64,000 nt of DNA from an uncultured Gammaproteobacteria bacterium (GTDB lineage Bacteria > Patescibacteriota > Microgenomatia > UBA12405 > JAHJSD01). The notes under the pieces are model-generated. The model was not told where the DNA came from, searched no databases, and worked only from the letters and a program-made list of their open reading frames with translations. The DNA is taken from assembly GCA_964498425.1 (NCBI GenBank), contig CAZCGQ010000001.1:163063-227062 (forward strand), written 5' to 3'. The translations under genes were made by a program, and so were the position numbers. Shown here piece by piece: positions 26,338 to 36,515 of this stretch (position 1 is its first letter; every line of letters starts with the position of its first letter).

Positions 26338-28467
26338 CTACAAGTCTAATTTATAGATTGTCGTGTCTCCGGAAGTAAAAATAGGTTGTCCCCAATTATA
26401 AAATCTTTCTTCGTCCAATTCCCCGTACTTTTCCTCCTCTAGCGGACCAACAAAAACATATTCGACTTCATATTTCTTGAGTAATTTTTCGGCTTCATCT
26501 AAATTTCCTTGGTAAATTGTTTTTACTTCTTCTAAACGCCTCCCCGGCCGGTCATAACCACCACGCCACAGCCACTCATGAACCGTCCAACCCTCAATCG
26601 TTGGTAAACCAGTCATTGCGGAAATCTGATTAAACATGGTGTAACTTTCACCGACCGCCTCAACAATAACTGGCTGTCCCTGAACATTCTTATTCAACCA
26701 CAAAACCGCCTCATAGTTATCCGGGTACTGTTTTTCCAGAAAATTCATCCCATATAACCCCTGATATTTCTTCAGACCGCCGTAATAACCTTTGATTGAA
26801 AAATATGGGTAAATCATATGGCTGGCAAAGCCAGCTGTAAATAGTAATAAGTAAACAGTAATAAGTAATTTATTTTTCAAAAATCCCTTAATCCGAAAGA
26901 AAATATAGCCGGCGGCAATCGAATACATCATAAATGACTGGTAGACCAATTTAAACATGGTATTTGACCGGTGATGTTCGTGAATATAAATATCTTTAAC
27001 ATAAATAATTTCAGGAATAATAATCAGAACTGTTGACCACAAAGTCATCGCCAAAACAAAAAGATCAGAAATTGTCATTCCGAGCAATGTCGAGGAATCC
27101 CTTTTGGGATTTTTAGTAACGAACAACCAAAAGCTAACTGCAGTAAACCAGAAAAACCCCCAGAGGATTAATAGTTGCCACCAAAGAGAATTAGCATCAA
27201 CAAACCGAATCCCTTCAGTCATTGGATTAAAACTAATTGCAAAGGGCATAGCAAACAAAATTGCCAAAATTAAGGTAACCACCCCAACGACGAAAGTATT
27301 TTTTAATCCCTCGACTAACTTTTTCCAATCCAGCTTGTCTATTGGTTCAAGATTGATTAAGAATATGAACAAGGCAAAAACTATTCCATAAATTGGAAAA
27401 TTCCAGGAATTGGTCATATACATAGCCGCTAATAGAAAGGCTATTAGCGGAATTTCCAATTTCCAATTTCCCCCGGCCTCGCCTCGGGCTTGCCGAGGGC
27501 GGGCAATTTTCAATACTAAACCAAAGCTTAACAAAACAGCTAAAAATAATAATACTGTCGGGATGTCATTTACATGACCGTGAAGATCGGAAACAACAAA
27601 TGAATAAGATGGAAATTCATGAATGGTTGCGTCCTTTGGGTTGTCCGGTTCATAACCAATAAACCTGGTTGCATCCGGATACCAATACTTTTTAGCCCCT
27701 CGCTTAAGAACATAGGTTATCGTATGCAAATTTCCGCCCAAGGTAAGAAGCAAGGCTGAAACCAATCCTCCAATAATAATTTTTCTTTTAAATTCCTTTG
27801 GAGCATGACTGAAACTTTTAATTTTTTTCTTAACAAGATAAATTAAATTTGAAGCCAGCGAAAAGGTGCCGCTAAAAGCCTGAGCAAAAATCGTTCCAAG
27901 CATTAAATTATAAGTTACAGCCGACCTCAATCCAGAAATTTTGGTTAAGACAGCAGCAATTAAATGACCAAAATAATAATAATTTATGGATTCGCCGGAA
28001 AACCACATATCAACGGGTGGGAACCATTTAGTTCGAAGAATTGAATTGACAAAGCCGAAGTCCATGAATTTTTCTAACCCTTCAATACGCGGAGCAAACC
28101 CTCTTATTAATGACCAAAAGGTCAACATGACTAAGAAAATTCCCTCCTGCCAAGCAAAGGTTTGCCAATTTTCCTCAAAAATATTAGTTATTTCTTTTTT
28201 ATTTTTTCCTTGACCAAGCCAATAGAGGTTTACCGCTAAAAGGATAATGATAATAAGAAAAAGTGTTTCACGATAAAAGGGAAAAATTTGGGCCCGGCCA
28301 AAAATAAAGGCAAGATATGAAATTACTAAAAAGGAAACTGTTTTAGCAAAAATCCAACCTTTATCCCAAAATTTTCCAAAAATTTTGAAAACCAAAGGAA
28401 GAGCCAGTGCTCCCAAAATTACAGTTATCAGCCACCAATAAAAGATTGTAAAAACATCGGTAATCAT
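26338..28467 (-). CDS. Large polytopic membrane protein, YYY/DUF2298-family putative GT-C glycosyltransferase
   Basis: Over 12 TM segments. The FMDFGFVNSIL...FPPVDMWFSGESINYYYFGH motif matches the chlor_Arch_YYY (DUF2298) family. Large C-terminal extracytoplasmic domain. Confidence 0.6.
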   Translation of the reverse strand: MITDVFTIFYWWLITVILGALALPLVFKIFGKFWDKGWIFAKTVSFLVISYLAFIFGRAQIFPFYRETLFLIIIILLAVNLYWLGQGKNKKEITNIFEENWQTFAWQEGIFLVMLTFWSLIRGFAPRIEGLEKFMDFGFVNSILRTKWFPPVDMWFSGESINYYYFGHLIAAVLTKISGLRSAVTYNLMLGTIFAQAFSGTFSLASNLIYLVKKKIKSFSHAPKEFKRKIIIGGLVSALLLTLGGNLHTITYVLKRGAKKYWYPDATRFIGYEPDNPKDATIHEFPSYSFVVSDLHGHVNDIPTVLLFLAVLLSFGLVLKIARPRQARGEAGGNWKLEIPLIAFLLAAMYMTNSWNFPIYGIVFALFIFLINLEPIDKLDWKKLVEGLKNTFVVGVVTLILAILFAMPFAISFNPMTEGIRFVDANSLWWQLLILWGFFWFTAVSFWLFVTKNPKRDSSTLLGMTISDLFVLAMTLWSTVLIIIPEIIYVKDIYIHEHHRSNTMFKLVYQSFMMYSIAAGYIFFRIKGFLKNKLLITVYLLLFTAGFASHMIYPYFSIKGYYGGLKKYQGLYGMNFLEKQYPDNYEAVLWLNKNVQGQPVIVEAVGESYTMFNQISAMTGLPTIEGWTVHEWLWRGGYDRPGRRLEEVKTIYQGNLDEAEKLLKKYEVEYVFVGPLEEEKYGELDEERFYNWGQPIFTSGDTTIYKLDL

Positions 28468-28503
28468 CTGGCGACATTTTACAATGATGTATAATTTAAT
28501 TCA

Positions 28504-29040
28504 ATGTCAAATAGTACTTTAAAAGTTGGTTTTGACCTGGATGGGGTCATCATTGATAAACCCTTTTTTGTCCCGAAATCAATCATTGAATATCTCTATC
28601 GCGCTCACAACGGCAATCATAAAAAATATCGCGTCCCAACTTGGCAGCCAGAAATTATTTTACGGAAACTTAGTCACCATTGGGCCTTAAGACTTCCTTT
28701 GAAAAGAAACTTATTACAGATCAAAAAAATTGCACAAAACCCAAACATTGACGCCTATATTATCTCCGGCCGCTACAACTTTTTAAAAAATCGAACAAAG
28801 CAGTGGTTCAAAATTCATAAATTAAGCGGTAAATTTAAAAAGGTATGCATTAACATGAAAAATGAGCAACCGCATATTTTTAAAGAAAGAATGATCAAAA
28901 AACTCCAACTTGACTACTTTTTTGACGATGACCCACTATCTTACAATTATTTGAAAAACAAGATTAAATCGACTAAGTTTTATTTAGTTAAAGGCAACGA
29001 TGAAGAAAATTTTAATCTCCCTAACTTACTATCTGCCTAA
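28504..29040 (+). CDS. HAD-superfamily hydrolase (nucleotidase-like)
   Basis: FDLDGVIID is motif I (DxDGV). Small cap-less HAD architecture. Confidence 0.5.
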   Translation: MSNSTLKVGFDLDGVIIDKPFFVPKSIIEYLYRAHNGNHKKYRVPTWQPEIILRKLSHHWALRLPLKRNLLQIKKIAQNPNIDAYIISGRYNFLKNRTKQWFKIHKLSGKFKKVCINMKNEQPHIFKERMIKKLQLDYFFDDDPLSYNYLKNKIKSTKFYLVKGNDEENFNLPNLLSA

Positions 29041-30136
29041 TATCAGCGGGGTAACAATTTACGCAGACATCCTTGCCCGCAAACTCGCCGAGAAAAACAA
29101 AGTAACACTTTTGACATCGAAATTTAAATCTGACCTCCCTACTCAAGAAGAGAAAAACGGTATGTTTATTAGACGAGTATGGGCACCAATAAAAATAAGT
29201 AAAGGAATTATCATGCCTTTTTTCCCAATCATTTCCCTTGTACAAGCGATTAAAAACGATACTATCATTTGCCACCTGCCGCAGCTTGAAGCTGTCTGGC
29301 TGATGCTTTGGGGAAAGCTACTCGGGAAAAAAACTATTATTGTTCACCATTGCGAATTCGGCGACGCTCCCGGGCTAGGTAAAAAGATTATTAAATACTT
29401 AACCTACATCCCACATTATCTTGCTTATCTTCTCGCTGATCAAATTATTGCCTATACCCAAGACTATGCCCAACACTCAATTTTTCTATCCAAATTTAAA
29501 AATAAAATAGACTACATTCTTCCGCCGGTAATTCTAGAACCCGAAAATAAATCAAAGGTTGAAAAACTCAAATCTAAATACAAAATCAGTAAAAAAACCA
29601 AAGTAATTGGTTTTGTTGGACGAATCGGTTGGGAAAAGGGAATTGACCTCATTCTTAACTCTATCCCCAAACTTAAAAAGGATTTTAAAAAACTAAAAGT
29701 TATCTTTGTTGGCCCGTACCAACACGTTGTCGGCGATAAAACCTTCCTCAAATTAAAAAATCAATTTAACAAATATGAAGATAATGTAATTCTTACCGGC
29801 CGGGTTGATCACTCAAAACTAGTTAACTATTACCATTTATTTGACTGTTTGGTCTTACCAAGCACAAATAATCTTGAAACCTTTGGTATTGTTCAGCCAG
29901 AAGCAATGATCTGCGGCTGTCCAGTTGTTGCCAGTAATCTTCCCGGTGTTCGCGTTCCAGTTATAAAAACTGGCATGGGTAAAATTATTCCTGTCGGCAG
30001 TCAAAAAGAACTCGCTGAAGCAATCTCCTACTGCCTCAAAAACCAAACTAAGCTTTCTGCTAAACAATCCTCTGCCCAAAAACTTTTTTCAATTAGCAAG
30101 TTTTTTGATAAATGGATAAATTTAATAAGCCCATAA
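29000..30136 (+). CDS. Glycosyltransferase family 4 (GT-B, group 1 glycosyl transferase)
   Basis: The GRIGWEKGIDLIL...E-x7-E region is typical of GT4 retaining transferases. Confidence 0.8.
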   Translation: MKKILISLTYYLPNISGVTIYADILARKLAEKNKVTLLTSKFKSDLPTQEEKNGMFIRRVWAPIKISKGIIMPFFPIISLVQAIKNDTIICHLPQLEAVWLMLWGKLLGKKTIIVHHCEFGDAPGLGKKIIKYLTYIPHYLAYLLADQIIAYTQDYAQHSIFLSKFKNKIDYILPPVILEPENKSKVEKLKSKYKISKKTKVIGFVGRIGWEKGIDLILNSIPKLKKDFKKLKVIFVGPYQHVVGDKTFLKLKNQFNKYEDNVILTGRVDHSKLVNYYHLFDCLVLPSTNNLETFGIVQPEAMICGCPVVASNLPGVRVPVIKTGMGKIIPVGSQKELAEAISYCLKNQTKLSAKQSSAQKLFSISKFFDKWINLISP

Positions 30137-31620
30137 GTTGGTTTAAAAAAATACCCCTATCTACCTACATTTTAACCTCTCTTATTGTTTTTTTTATTAT
30201 TGTTAATGTAGTGACAATTAATCACTGGTATTTTTCAGTTATTGGAGATGAATATAGCTTTTATATATTTGCCAAAAATTTCAATTTGTTAAAGTTAAAC
30301 TTATTTAGTCAGTCCGGAGTATACGGTAATCATCCTGTTTTAAGTTCGGTCTATCAAGCTTTAGTAATGAAAATTTTAGGGGACAGTAATTTTGCCTGGC
30401 GGTTTAGTTCCCTTCTTATAGTACCATTATCTATCCCCGGATTATATTTAATCGGAAAGGAACTATTTAATAAAAATGTTGGCTTATTTTCCGCAATCAT
30501 TTTTTCTTCCTCTTTTTATCTTTTTGGATATGCTCATACAGGATATAACAATATTCAAGCTTTGTTTCCGTTTATCTATGGAGTTTATATGGCAATCAAG
30601 GGGTATAAGAAAAACGCAACTATTTATTACGTATTATCTGGTTTTTTCTGCGCGTTGGGATGGTACACTTTCTACACCTCAAGAATAACAATATTATTAG
30701 TCTCAATAATTTTTGCTCTCAAACTAATAAAAAAGAATAATAGAAGTGAGAATATTAAGAATTTTGCCTTTTTACTTATTGTTTTTTTTCTGATAACTAC
30801 ACCGCTGATAATCACTAACAAGGAAGAAGTAATTACCAAGATGCTTGACCAATCAATTTTAAACCGAGAATATTATGGAACTTTCATAGATAATCCCACT
30901 AAACGCTTTCTTATTAACTTCAAAAAAAACTTCTTTTCATTCATACTCGGAAATGATTTGAAACACTTCGTTTCGGCCCCAATACTTGATCCCATTTCAA
31001 AAATATTAGCACTTATCGGATTATCGATAGCCATTAAGAATATTCGCAAATTAAAATATTCATTACTTCTGATATTTTATGTTTTACTAACAATTATGGT
31101 TTCATTTAATCCTTTAAACGAAATCGCTATTTCCAGGATACATTTGAATTTATCAATATTAACCATTTTCGGCGGTATCGGTTGGCACTTTACTAATAAG
31201 CTTATATCAAAAAAATCTGGTCAGACTTACTCTGTTATTCTCGCCTTGTCCATTTTAATTCTGAATATTTATACATTCTATTATGAAATTCCACGTAAAT
31301 TTCCCTTAAATAAAGAGGCATTAATTATTAAGGCAGCACAAACTTCTTCCATTCCACTTATTATTCACGAGGGACAAAATGAAAACAAAACTTTTCGAAA
31401 GATTATTGAAGCCTACGATTTCAAACAGGATGTTTTCTTTTTAAATTCACAAACAAAACAAATTAACCTACCAAAAACAACATTCCTCTACGTAAGTAAT
31501 GACAAGAAAACAAATAAAATGGATATTAATCTTTTGAAAAGCTGCCACAAAGCGAATTCAGTTAGATTTTTCGCACCAAACAAAAATATATGGCTAGAAG
31601 CCTTAAAATGTAAAAAATAA
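30112..31620 (+). CDS. GT-C fold membrane glycosyltransferase (PMT_2/ArnT-like)
   Basis: About 11 TM helices, with an SVIGDEYSFY DE motif in the first extracytoplasmic loop. Confidence 0.55.
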   Translation: MDKFNKPISWFKKIPLSTYILTSLIVFFIIVNVVTINHWYFSVIGDEYSFYIFAKNFNLLKLNLFSQSGVYGNHPVLSSVYQALVMKILGDSNFAWRFSSLLIVPLSIPGLYLIGKELFNKNVGLFSAIIFSSSFYLFGYAHTGYNNIQALFPFIYGVYMAIKGYKKNATIYYVLSGFFCALGWYTFYTSRITILLVSIIFALKLIKKNNRSENIKNFAFLLIVFFLITTPLIITNKEEVITKMLDQSILNREYYGTFIDNPTKRFLINFKKNFFSFILGNDLKHFVSAPILDPISKILALIGLSIAIKNIRKLKYSLLLIFYVLLTIMVSFNPLNEIAISRIHLNLSILTIFGGIGWHFTNKLISKKSGQTYSVILALSILILNIYTFYYEIPRKFPLNKEALIIKAAQTSSIPLIIHEGQNENKTFRKIIEAYDFKQDVFFLNSQTKQINLPKTTFLYVSNDKKTNKMDINLLKSCHKANSVRFFAPNKNIWLEALKCKK

Positions 31621-31621
31621 A

Positions 31622-33229
31622 CTACCGCTTCTCAAAAATGATCACCTTGGGATGGTCGTATACGGTGAAGGCTTCTTCGGATGGATCATCGTTTAGCTCA
31701 ATGCCAAAAAAACTAGGATAGGAGGTTATTTCGGCTACTTCTTTAAACGTCCCTTGTCCTGAAGGAGGACTAAGTTCACCAGCAAACAATTGCTGATAAA
31801 ATCTTGTTGTTCGAGGATAGCGTTCGGGAACAGTAGGAATTGAGCCGTAGAGTCGACTTGAGGAAAGGATAATATAGTCAATTTTTTCTAACTGCTGATT
31901 CATCTTCTGCCATTTACGATCAGTATCTGCCCCAAAAAGTTCAAGGGTTAACTGCTCATATCGAGAAGAATTTTTACCGTTAAGGGGCAACGGCAAACAG
32001 TCGTCCCAATGCTCACAGGAAATGGTTGATCCTGCCGGAATGTTTTCATAAATCCACTTTGATGCCTTAACACGGCTGTGCGGTTGAGAATAGATTGCCA
32101 TAAACATTAGCGGATAAATAAATAAATTCGAAATGATAATCGCCTTACTTTTTTTTGACCGACTAGCTAACCAACCACCAGCAATAAGGGCCATAAAGGG
32201 ATAAACTGGTAGGAAATATCTCATATTTTTTGAAAACTGAACCCCCTGGAAAATAAATAACATAAAAATCCAAATCAAATAAACTATCATGTTGTCATTC
32301 TGGAGCCATTTTAATGGCTGAAGAATCCCCGGGGGTTCCTTCGTCATACTCAGGATGACGCTAAAAATAGCAATAATTGTTACTATCCCCAGGGGAACGC
32401 CAAGCCCCCAGAAGAAAATATTTTTGGCTGGAAAAATCAAAGGTTTAGTTTTAATCCACTGTATCCCTGGAGGATAGCCGGTATCTTTGCCTCCAAAACT
32501 GTTTAATTCCTTGATGTCGGCAATAAACTCCGGGTTTGGTTGAAACAGGCCGACGAAGGAATAAGGGTTGAAGATGCGTGCAGTAGCACTAGTAATAAGT
32601 AATAAGTAAACAGTAAACAGTAGTAATTTTTTAAAATTTCCTGAATATCTTTTGAGAAAAACCAAACCGATGATTGGTAAAAACAATACAGCGGTGATTT
32701 TGCATGACAAAGCCATACCCATAAACAAGCCGACGAATAAGGGTGATAGGTTTAAAGCGGCGTAAAAGGAGAGAACTAAAAAGAAGTTTAAAAAGGGATC
32801 AACGGCAAAGAAGTGGGAAAGCTGAATTGGAAGAACCATTAATGAGTAAAGTAAACTTGGCCAAACTTTTTTGGAAATTAAATACAACAGAATTATTACC
32901 CCGCCGTCAGCAAGAGCAGCTAAAACCCGGCCGACTAAATTAAAATGAGCATAGTCGTGGAAGCCGAAAATTTGACTAACTGCCTTAGTTAAAAAAATCG
33001 GCAGTGGGCCGTAAACAAAAAAACCGAAATCGTTATTGCGTGGGTTTAACGGAGATTTTCTAGTATTAAAATATTCGCCAATATTTTCCGGCCAATCGAT
33101 TGCCGTTCCAACCATCGTTAAAAAACGTTCATCGGGATGAAGGTGATGACCCTGATCCCAATTTAAACCGTATATTCTCAGACTTAAACCAATTGCTAAA
33201 ATCAAAACCAAAAGCAATTTCTTTCGCAT
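31622..33229 (-). CDS. GT-C fold membrane glycosyltransferase (paralog 1; N-terminal WxxxHxHPDE motif)
   Basis: N-terminus LNWDQGHHLHPDERF. Polytopic. Shares a TM segment (KKLLLFTVYLLLIT) with the YYY protein and is a paralog of 34027..35556. Confidence 0.55.
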   Translation of the reverse strand: MRKKLLLVLILAIGLSLRIYGLNWDQGHHLHPDERFLTMVGTAIDWPENIGEYFNTRKSPLNPRNNDFGFFVYGPLPIFLTKAVSQIFGFHDYAHFNLVGRVLAALADGGVIILLYLISKKVWPSLLYSLMVLPIQLSHFFAVDPFLNFFLVLSFYAALNLSPLFVGLFMGMALSCKITAVLFLPIIGLVFLKRYSGNFKKLLLFTVYLLLITSATARIFNPYSFVGLFQPNPEFIADIKELNSFGGKDTGYPPGIQWIKTKPLIFPAKNIFFWGLGVPLGIVTIIAIFSVILSMTKEPPGILQPLKWLQNDNMIVYLIWIFMLFIFQGVQFSKNMRYFLPVYPFMALIAGGWLASRSKKSKAIIISNLFIYPLMFMAIYSQPHSRVKASKWIYENIPAGSTISCEHWDDCLPLPLNGKNSSRYEQLTLELFGADTDRKWQKMNQQLEKIDYIILSSSRLYGSIPTVPERYPRTTRFYQQLFAGELSPPSGQGTFKEVAEITSYPSFFGIELNDDPSEEAFTVYDHPKVIIFEKR

Positions 33230-33370
33230 AGCTTAATTTTAGCAAAATCTTAAGCACTAATTCCTAAACTCTAAATAATACCCAATTATCAAAGCCCAAA
33301 TATTTAAACTAATCCGGACATTTTTATTTTGAATTTGTTTAGGATTTAGATATTAGAGATTAGAATTTGA

Positions 33371-33394
33371 TTCTAGAATATCGATATTCTAGAA
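33371..33394. promoter_or_regulatory. 24-bp perfect palindrome TTCTAGAATATCGATATTCTAGAA
   Basis: Read directly from the sequence. Ends 6 nt before the UDG ATG at 33401. Confidence 0.5.
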
Positions 33395-33400
33395 TGTCTC

Positions 33401-34030
33401 ATGACCGTTCAAGAAGAAATCGACAGTCTGGCTGAAAAAATCAGTAAGTGTCAAAAATGTCCTCTCTATAAGTCCGCCACTCAGGCGGTTCCCGGTGGGC
33501 CTAATCCTGACACAGATATTGTCTTTATTGGCGAAGCTCCCGGTTACTGGGAAGATCAACGCGGTGTTCCCTTCTGCGGTCGTTCCGGCGACTTGCTCAA
33601 CAAATTACTTCAGAGAATTAATCTCGATCGAAAGGATGTTTTTATTTGTAATATTTTAAAACACCGGCCGCCAAATAATCGTGACCCAAGCCCGGAAGAA
33701 ATTGAAACTTGCACTCCCTGGTTAAAACAACAGCTGTTAATTATCGAACCCAAAATTGTCATCACCCTTGGGCGATTTGCCATGAATTATTTTATCCCCG
33801 ATGTCTACATTTCTAAAGTTCACGGTCAGCCTAAACAAATCCTTTGGCAAGATTTGGATTTACTCCTTTATCCCCTTTATCATCCAGCGGCTGGGTTAAG
33901 AAACGGGAGCGTTAAGGAGGATTTAGTTGAAGATTTTTTGAAAATTCCCAAGATTATCAGTGATGAGAGTGACATGGATATGAAGATAAAAGAGGAGAAA
34001 AAAGACCCCGAACAGGAAAGTTTATTTTAG
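33401..34030 (+). CDS. Uracil-DNA glycosylase, family 4 (Fe-S UDG)
   Basis: CQKCPLYKSATQAVPGGPNPDTDIVFIGEAPGYWEDQRGVPFCGRSG, HPAA and the conserved Cys residues. Confidence 0.85.
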   Translation: MTVQEEIDSLAEKISKCQKCPLYKSATQAVPGGPNPDTDIVFIGEAPGYWEDQRGVPFCGRSGDLLNKLLQRINLDRKDVFICNILKHRPPNNRDPSPEEIETCTPWLKQQLLIIEPKIVITLGRFAMNYFIPDVYISKVHGQPKQILWQDLDLLLYPLYHPAAGLRNGSVKEDLVEDFLKIPKIISDESDMDMKIKEEKKDPEQESLF

Positions 34031-35556
34031 AATTTTTTCCACAATCGAAGGGTGGGGTGGTCAAAAACTGTCCAGGTTTCTTCGGAATTAAGGTCACTAC
34101 CCAATAAAAATCGGCCAACCGGCCCAAAGGGACGAAACGTCCGCATTTTGCTAAAGCCTAAATCACCGGAAAACAAATCTTGGTAGAAACCTGCTGTTAT
34201 TGGATACCCTTTTGGTAAACGCAAATGGTTAGTAAACATCCGCCGCGACGGAGAAAGGAAATAATCCGCCTGATTAATTGCAGATGATAATTTTTCTTGT
34301 TGGTCTTCTTCTAAATCAAGGTGGTAAAAATCGATATTAATTGTTTCGAATTTGTCATGATTAAGCTCCGGCAGGTCAATTATATTACCACCTTCATAGA
34401 CTATTGTTGAACTTTCAGGCAAATTTTCATTAATCCATTGACAGGCTTGGATGCGGATATCCGGTTGAAAGTAAATTTTCATAAATAATATGCCGGGGAG
34501 AATTAAAATGAATATAGCAACTAGTAATTGGTAACCGGTAATTGATAATTTCTTAAGAGAAAAAACAATGAATAAAACTAGGAAAGGAAGAATCGGGGTG
34601 ATAAACCTAGTCCATTTGGCAAACAATAATGAATTGAAAATAAACCAAGGGAGAAATGTAGAAGCTAGAAGATAGAAATTAGAATTTAGAATTTTGAATT
34701 TCCTTTTTTTGAATACGTAACTCGTAATCCGTAACCCACTAATCCCCAAACCCACTATTAAAAAAGTGAACATTGGGAGACCAAGCACCCAAGGTAAGAC
34801 TTTCTTAAACTGAAATAAAAAGGGCTGAGTATTAATAAACTGCCTCATGTAAAAAACCCGGGTAAGTCCCCGAGCCAAATTGGATTCATATCTAAATGTC
34901 CCCCAAAAATCCTGAAACTCTATTAGGTAGTAAGGTGAAAAGAATAAAGTTAAAATAGTCAACGAAATACCCCAAGGAATAAGTCGGCGAAAACGTTTTG
35001 GTTTAATAACAATTGCTAAAAATGGACCAAGTAAAAACAAGATAGCGTTCAGTTTACTAGCCATGCCGATTGCCGCAATTAATGAAGAAAGAATTAAATA
35101 TCTAATCTTTTCAGTGTCATAATACTTAACCGCTAAATAAGCTAAGGATATTCCGACGAAGGTCAGCAGGCTCTCTGTCGTCCCAAAATGGGCCATTTGA
35201 ATTAACCCAGGTGTAAAAATTAATAATAAACTAGTTATCATTGCCCATTTCTGGTTTTTAAATATATTTTTAGCTAGTAAATAACCAACGATAACTGTTA
35301 AAACTGAAAAAATAGCTGACCAAAAACGCAAATGTAAATGCGAGGAAACCTTAACCAACTGCTTAGTTAGAAAGGACAGATATAATGGAAATTGACCGTA
35401 GGCAAAAAAATCTGGGTCAAAATTATCCCAGGAAAGTCGATCAACCGCCCAAGCCATATTATTTTCGTCAGGATGAAAATGAAAACCCCCGCCCCAATTA
35501 ATCCCCCATAACCGAGTTAAAAGTAGTCCAATAATAAGAAGTAACTTAAAGAACAT
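34027..35556 (-). CDS. GT-C fold membrane glycosyltransferase (paralog 2)
   Basis: N-terminus WGINWGGGFHFHPDENN. Polytopic. Paralog of 31622..33229. Confidence 0.55.
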   Translation of the reverse strand: MFFKLLLIIGLLLTRLWGINWGGGFHFHPDENNMAWAVDRLSWDNFDPDFFAYGQFPLYLSFLTKQLVKVSSHLHLRFWSAIFSVLTVIVGYLLAKNIFKNQKWAMITSLLLIFTPGLIQMAHFGTTESLLTFVGISLAYLAVKYYDTEKIRYLILSSLIAAIGMASKLNAILFLLGPFLAIVIKPKRFRRLIPWGISLTILTLFFSPYYLIEFQDFWGTFRYESNLARGLTRVFYMRQFINTQPFLFQFKKVLPWVLGLPMFTFLIVGLGISGLRITSYVFKKRKFKILNSNFYLLASTFLPWFIFNSLLFAKWTRFITPILPFLVLFIVFSLKKLSITGYQLLVAIFILILPGILFMKIYFQPDIRIQACQWINENLPESSTIVYEGGNIIDLPELNHDKFETINIDFYHLDLEEDQQEKLSSAINQADYFLSPSRRMFTNHLRLPKGYPITAGFYQDLFSGDLGFSKMRTFRPFGPVGRFLLGSDLNSEETWTVFDHPTLRLWKKF

Positions 35557-36472
35557 AAATTATTACAATAAGCATGAACCCCCAGATAAAAACGGTGACC
35601 AGTAAAGGAATATCCGAGGCTAGAATTTTTCCTGGTCGCTCACCTCTTTTTCTTTCCAAAACTAACTGAGAATAACGCATAATTCCTAAAATTACTGGAA
35701 AAATGGTAAGCATCAGCCACTTTCTTCCAATTAAAAAAGGGAAATTATTAACAAAAAAATCATGAATTTTGGGCTGGCTAAAATCAGCCGGTTGGGCCAA
35801 ATATGTAAATAGGGAATAGGATATCAAAGTTAAAACAGAAAAAATTGATACGTAAAAATTCAACAAGGCTTTTTGATATTTCCCCAAAGTTGGTCTTGTT
35901 TTACTCCCCTCTTTAACAAATTCGCTTCTTCGCTTACCACTAGCGATAAAGAGTGAAAGAAAAACTACGGTGAACATTAACCAAACTGGCAGATGAAAGC
36001 CAGTAGCAATTTCCCCTCCCAGTGCTCGTAAAATAAATGAAAATGAAATCCCAAAAATATCCAAAATTGCAATTTTCTTGAGAATAAAGCTGTAAATTAA
36101 ATGAAGGATTAAGAAAGCAATAATTAACAATACAAAACTAAAACTTAGGTAGAAAGCAATTGAAAGTCCCAAACTAAATAGAAAAATTGACCAAATTATT
36201 GCCTGCTGAGGTGTCACCGTACCTTTAGCTATTGGTCGATTTCTTTTTTGAGGATGACGACGATCATAAGGCGCATCAACAATATCATTAATTAAATATG
36301 AACCGGAAGAAAACAATGAAAATACTACAAAGGCAAGTAAAGATTCAACAACTACCTCCCCATTAAATAACTGACCGTTAAAAATCATCGCTGCAAAAAC
36401 GGCCAAGTTTTTTGTCCACTGATATGGACGCATTGAGACTACTAAGCCACGAATGGTCTTGACAGAAATCAT
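35546..36472 (-). CDS. UbiA-family prenyltransferase (polyprenyl-phosphate phosphoribosyl/glycosyl transferase-like)
   Basis: YLINDIVDAPYDRRH is the UbiA NDxxDxxxD motif. Eight to nine TM helices. Confidence 0.7.
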   Translation of the reverse strand: MISVKTIRGLVVSMRPYQWTKNLAVFAAMIFNGQLFNGEVVVESLLAFVVFSLFSSGSYLINDIVDAPYDRRHPQKRNRPIAKGTVTPQQAIIWSIFLFSLGLSIAFYLSFSFVLLIIAFLILHLIYSFILKKIAILDIFGISFSFILRALGGEIATGFHLPVWLMFTVVFLSLFIASGKRRSEFVKEGSKTRPTLGKYQKALLNFYVSIFSVLTLISYSLFTYLAQPADFSQPKIHDFFVNNFPFLIGRKWLMLTIFPVILGIMRYSQLVLERKRGERPGKILASDIPLLVTVFIWGFMLIVIIYVL

Positions 36473-36515
36473 CTTCTACATTTTAACCAAGAAACAGCAA
36501 GGAAACAAGGGCGGC

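Noticed and set aside
26835-26875. Shared AGTAATAAGTAAACAGTAA block in the YYY gene and at 32590..32630 in a GT-C paralog, considered as an inserted repeat
   Set aside because: In both genes it encodes the same conserved TM segment (LL[IF]TVYLLL). It reflects paralogy or gene conversion rather than a mobile insertion.
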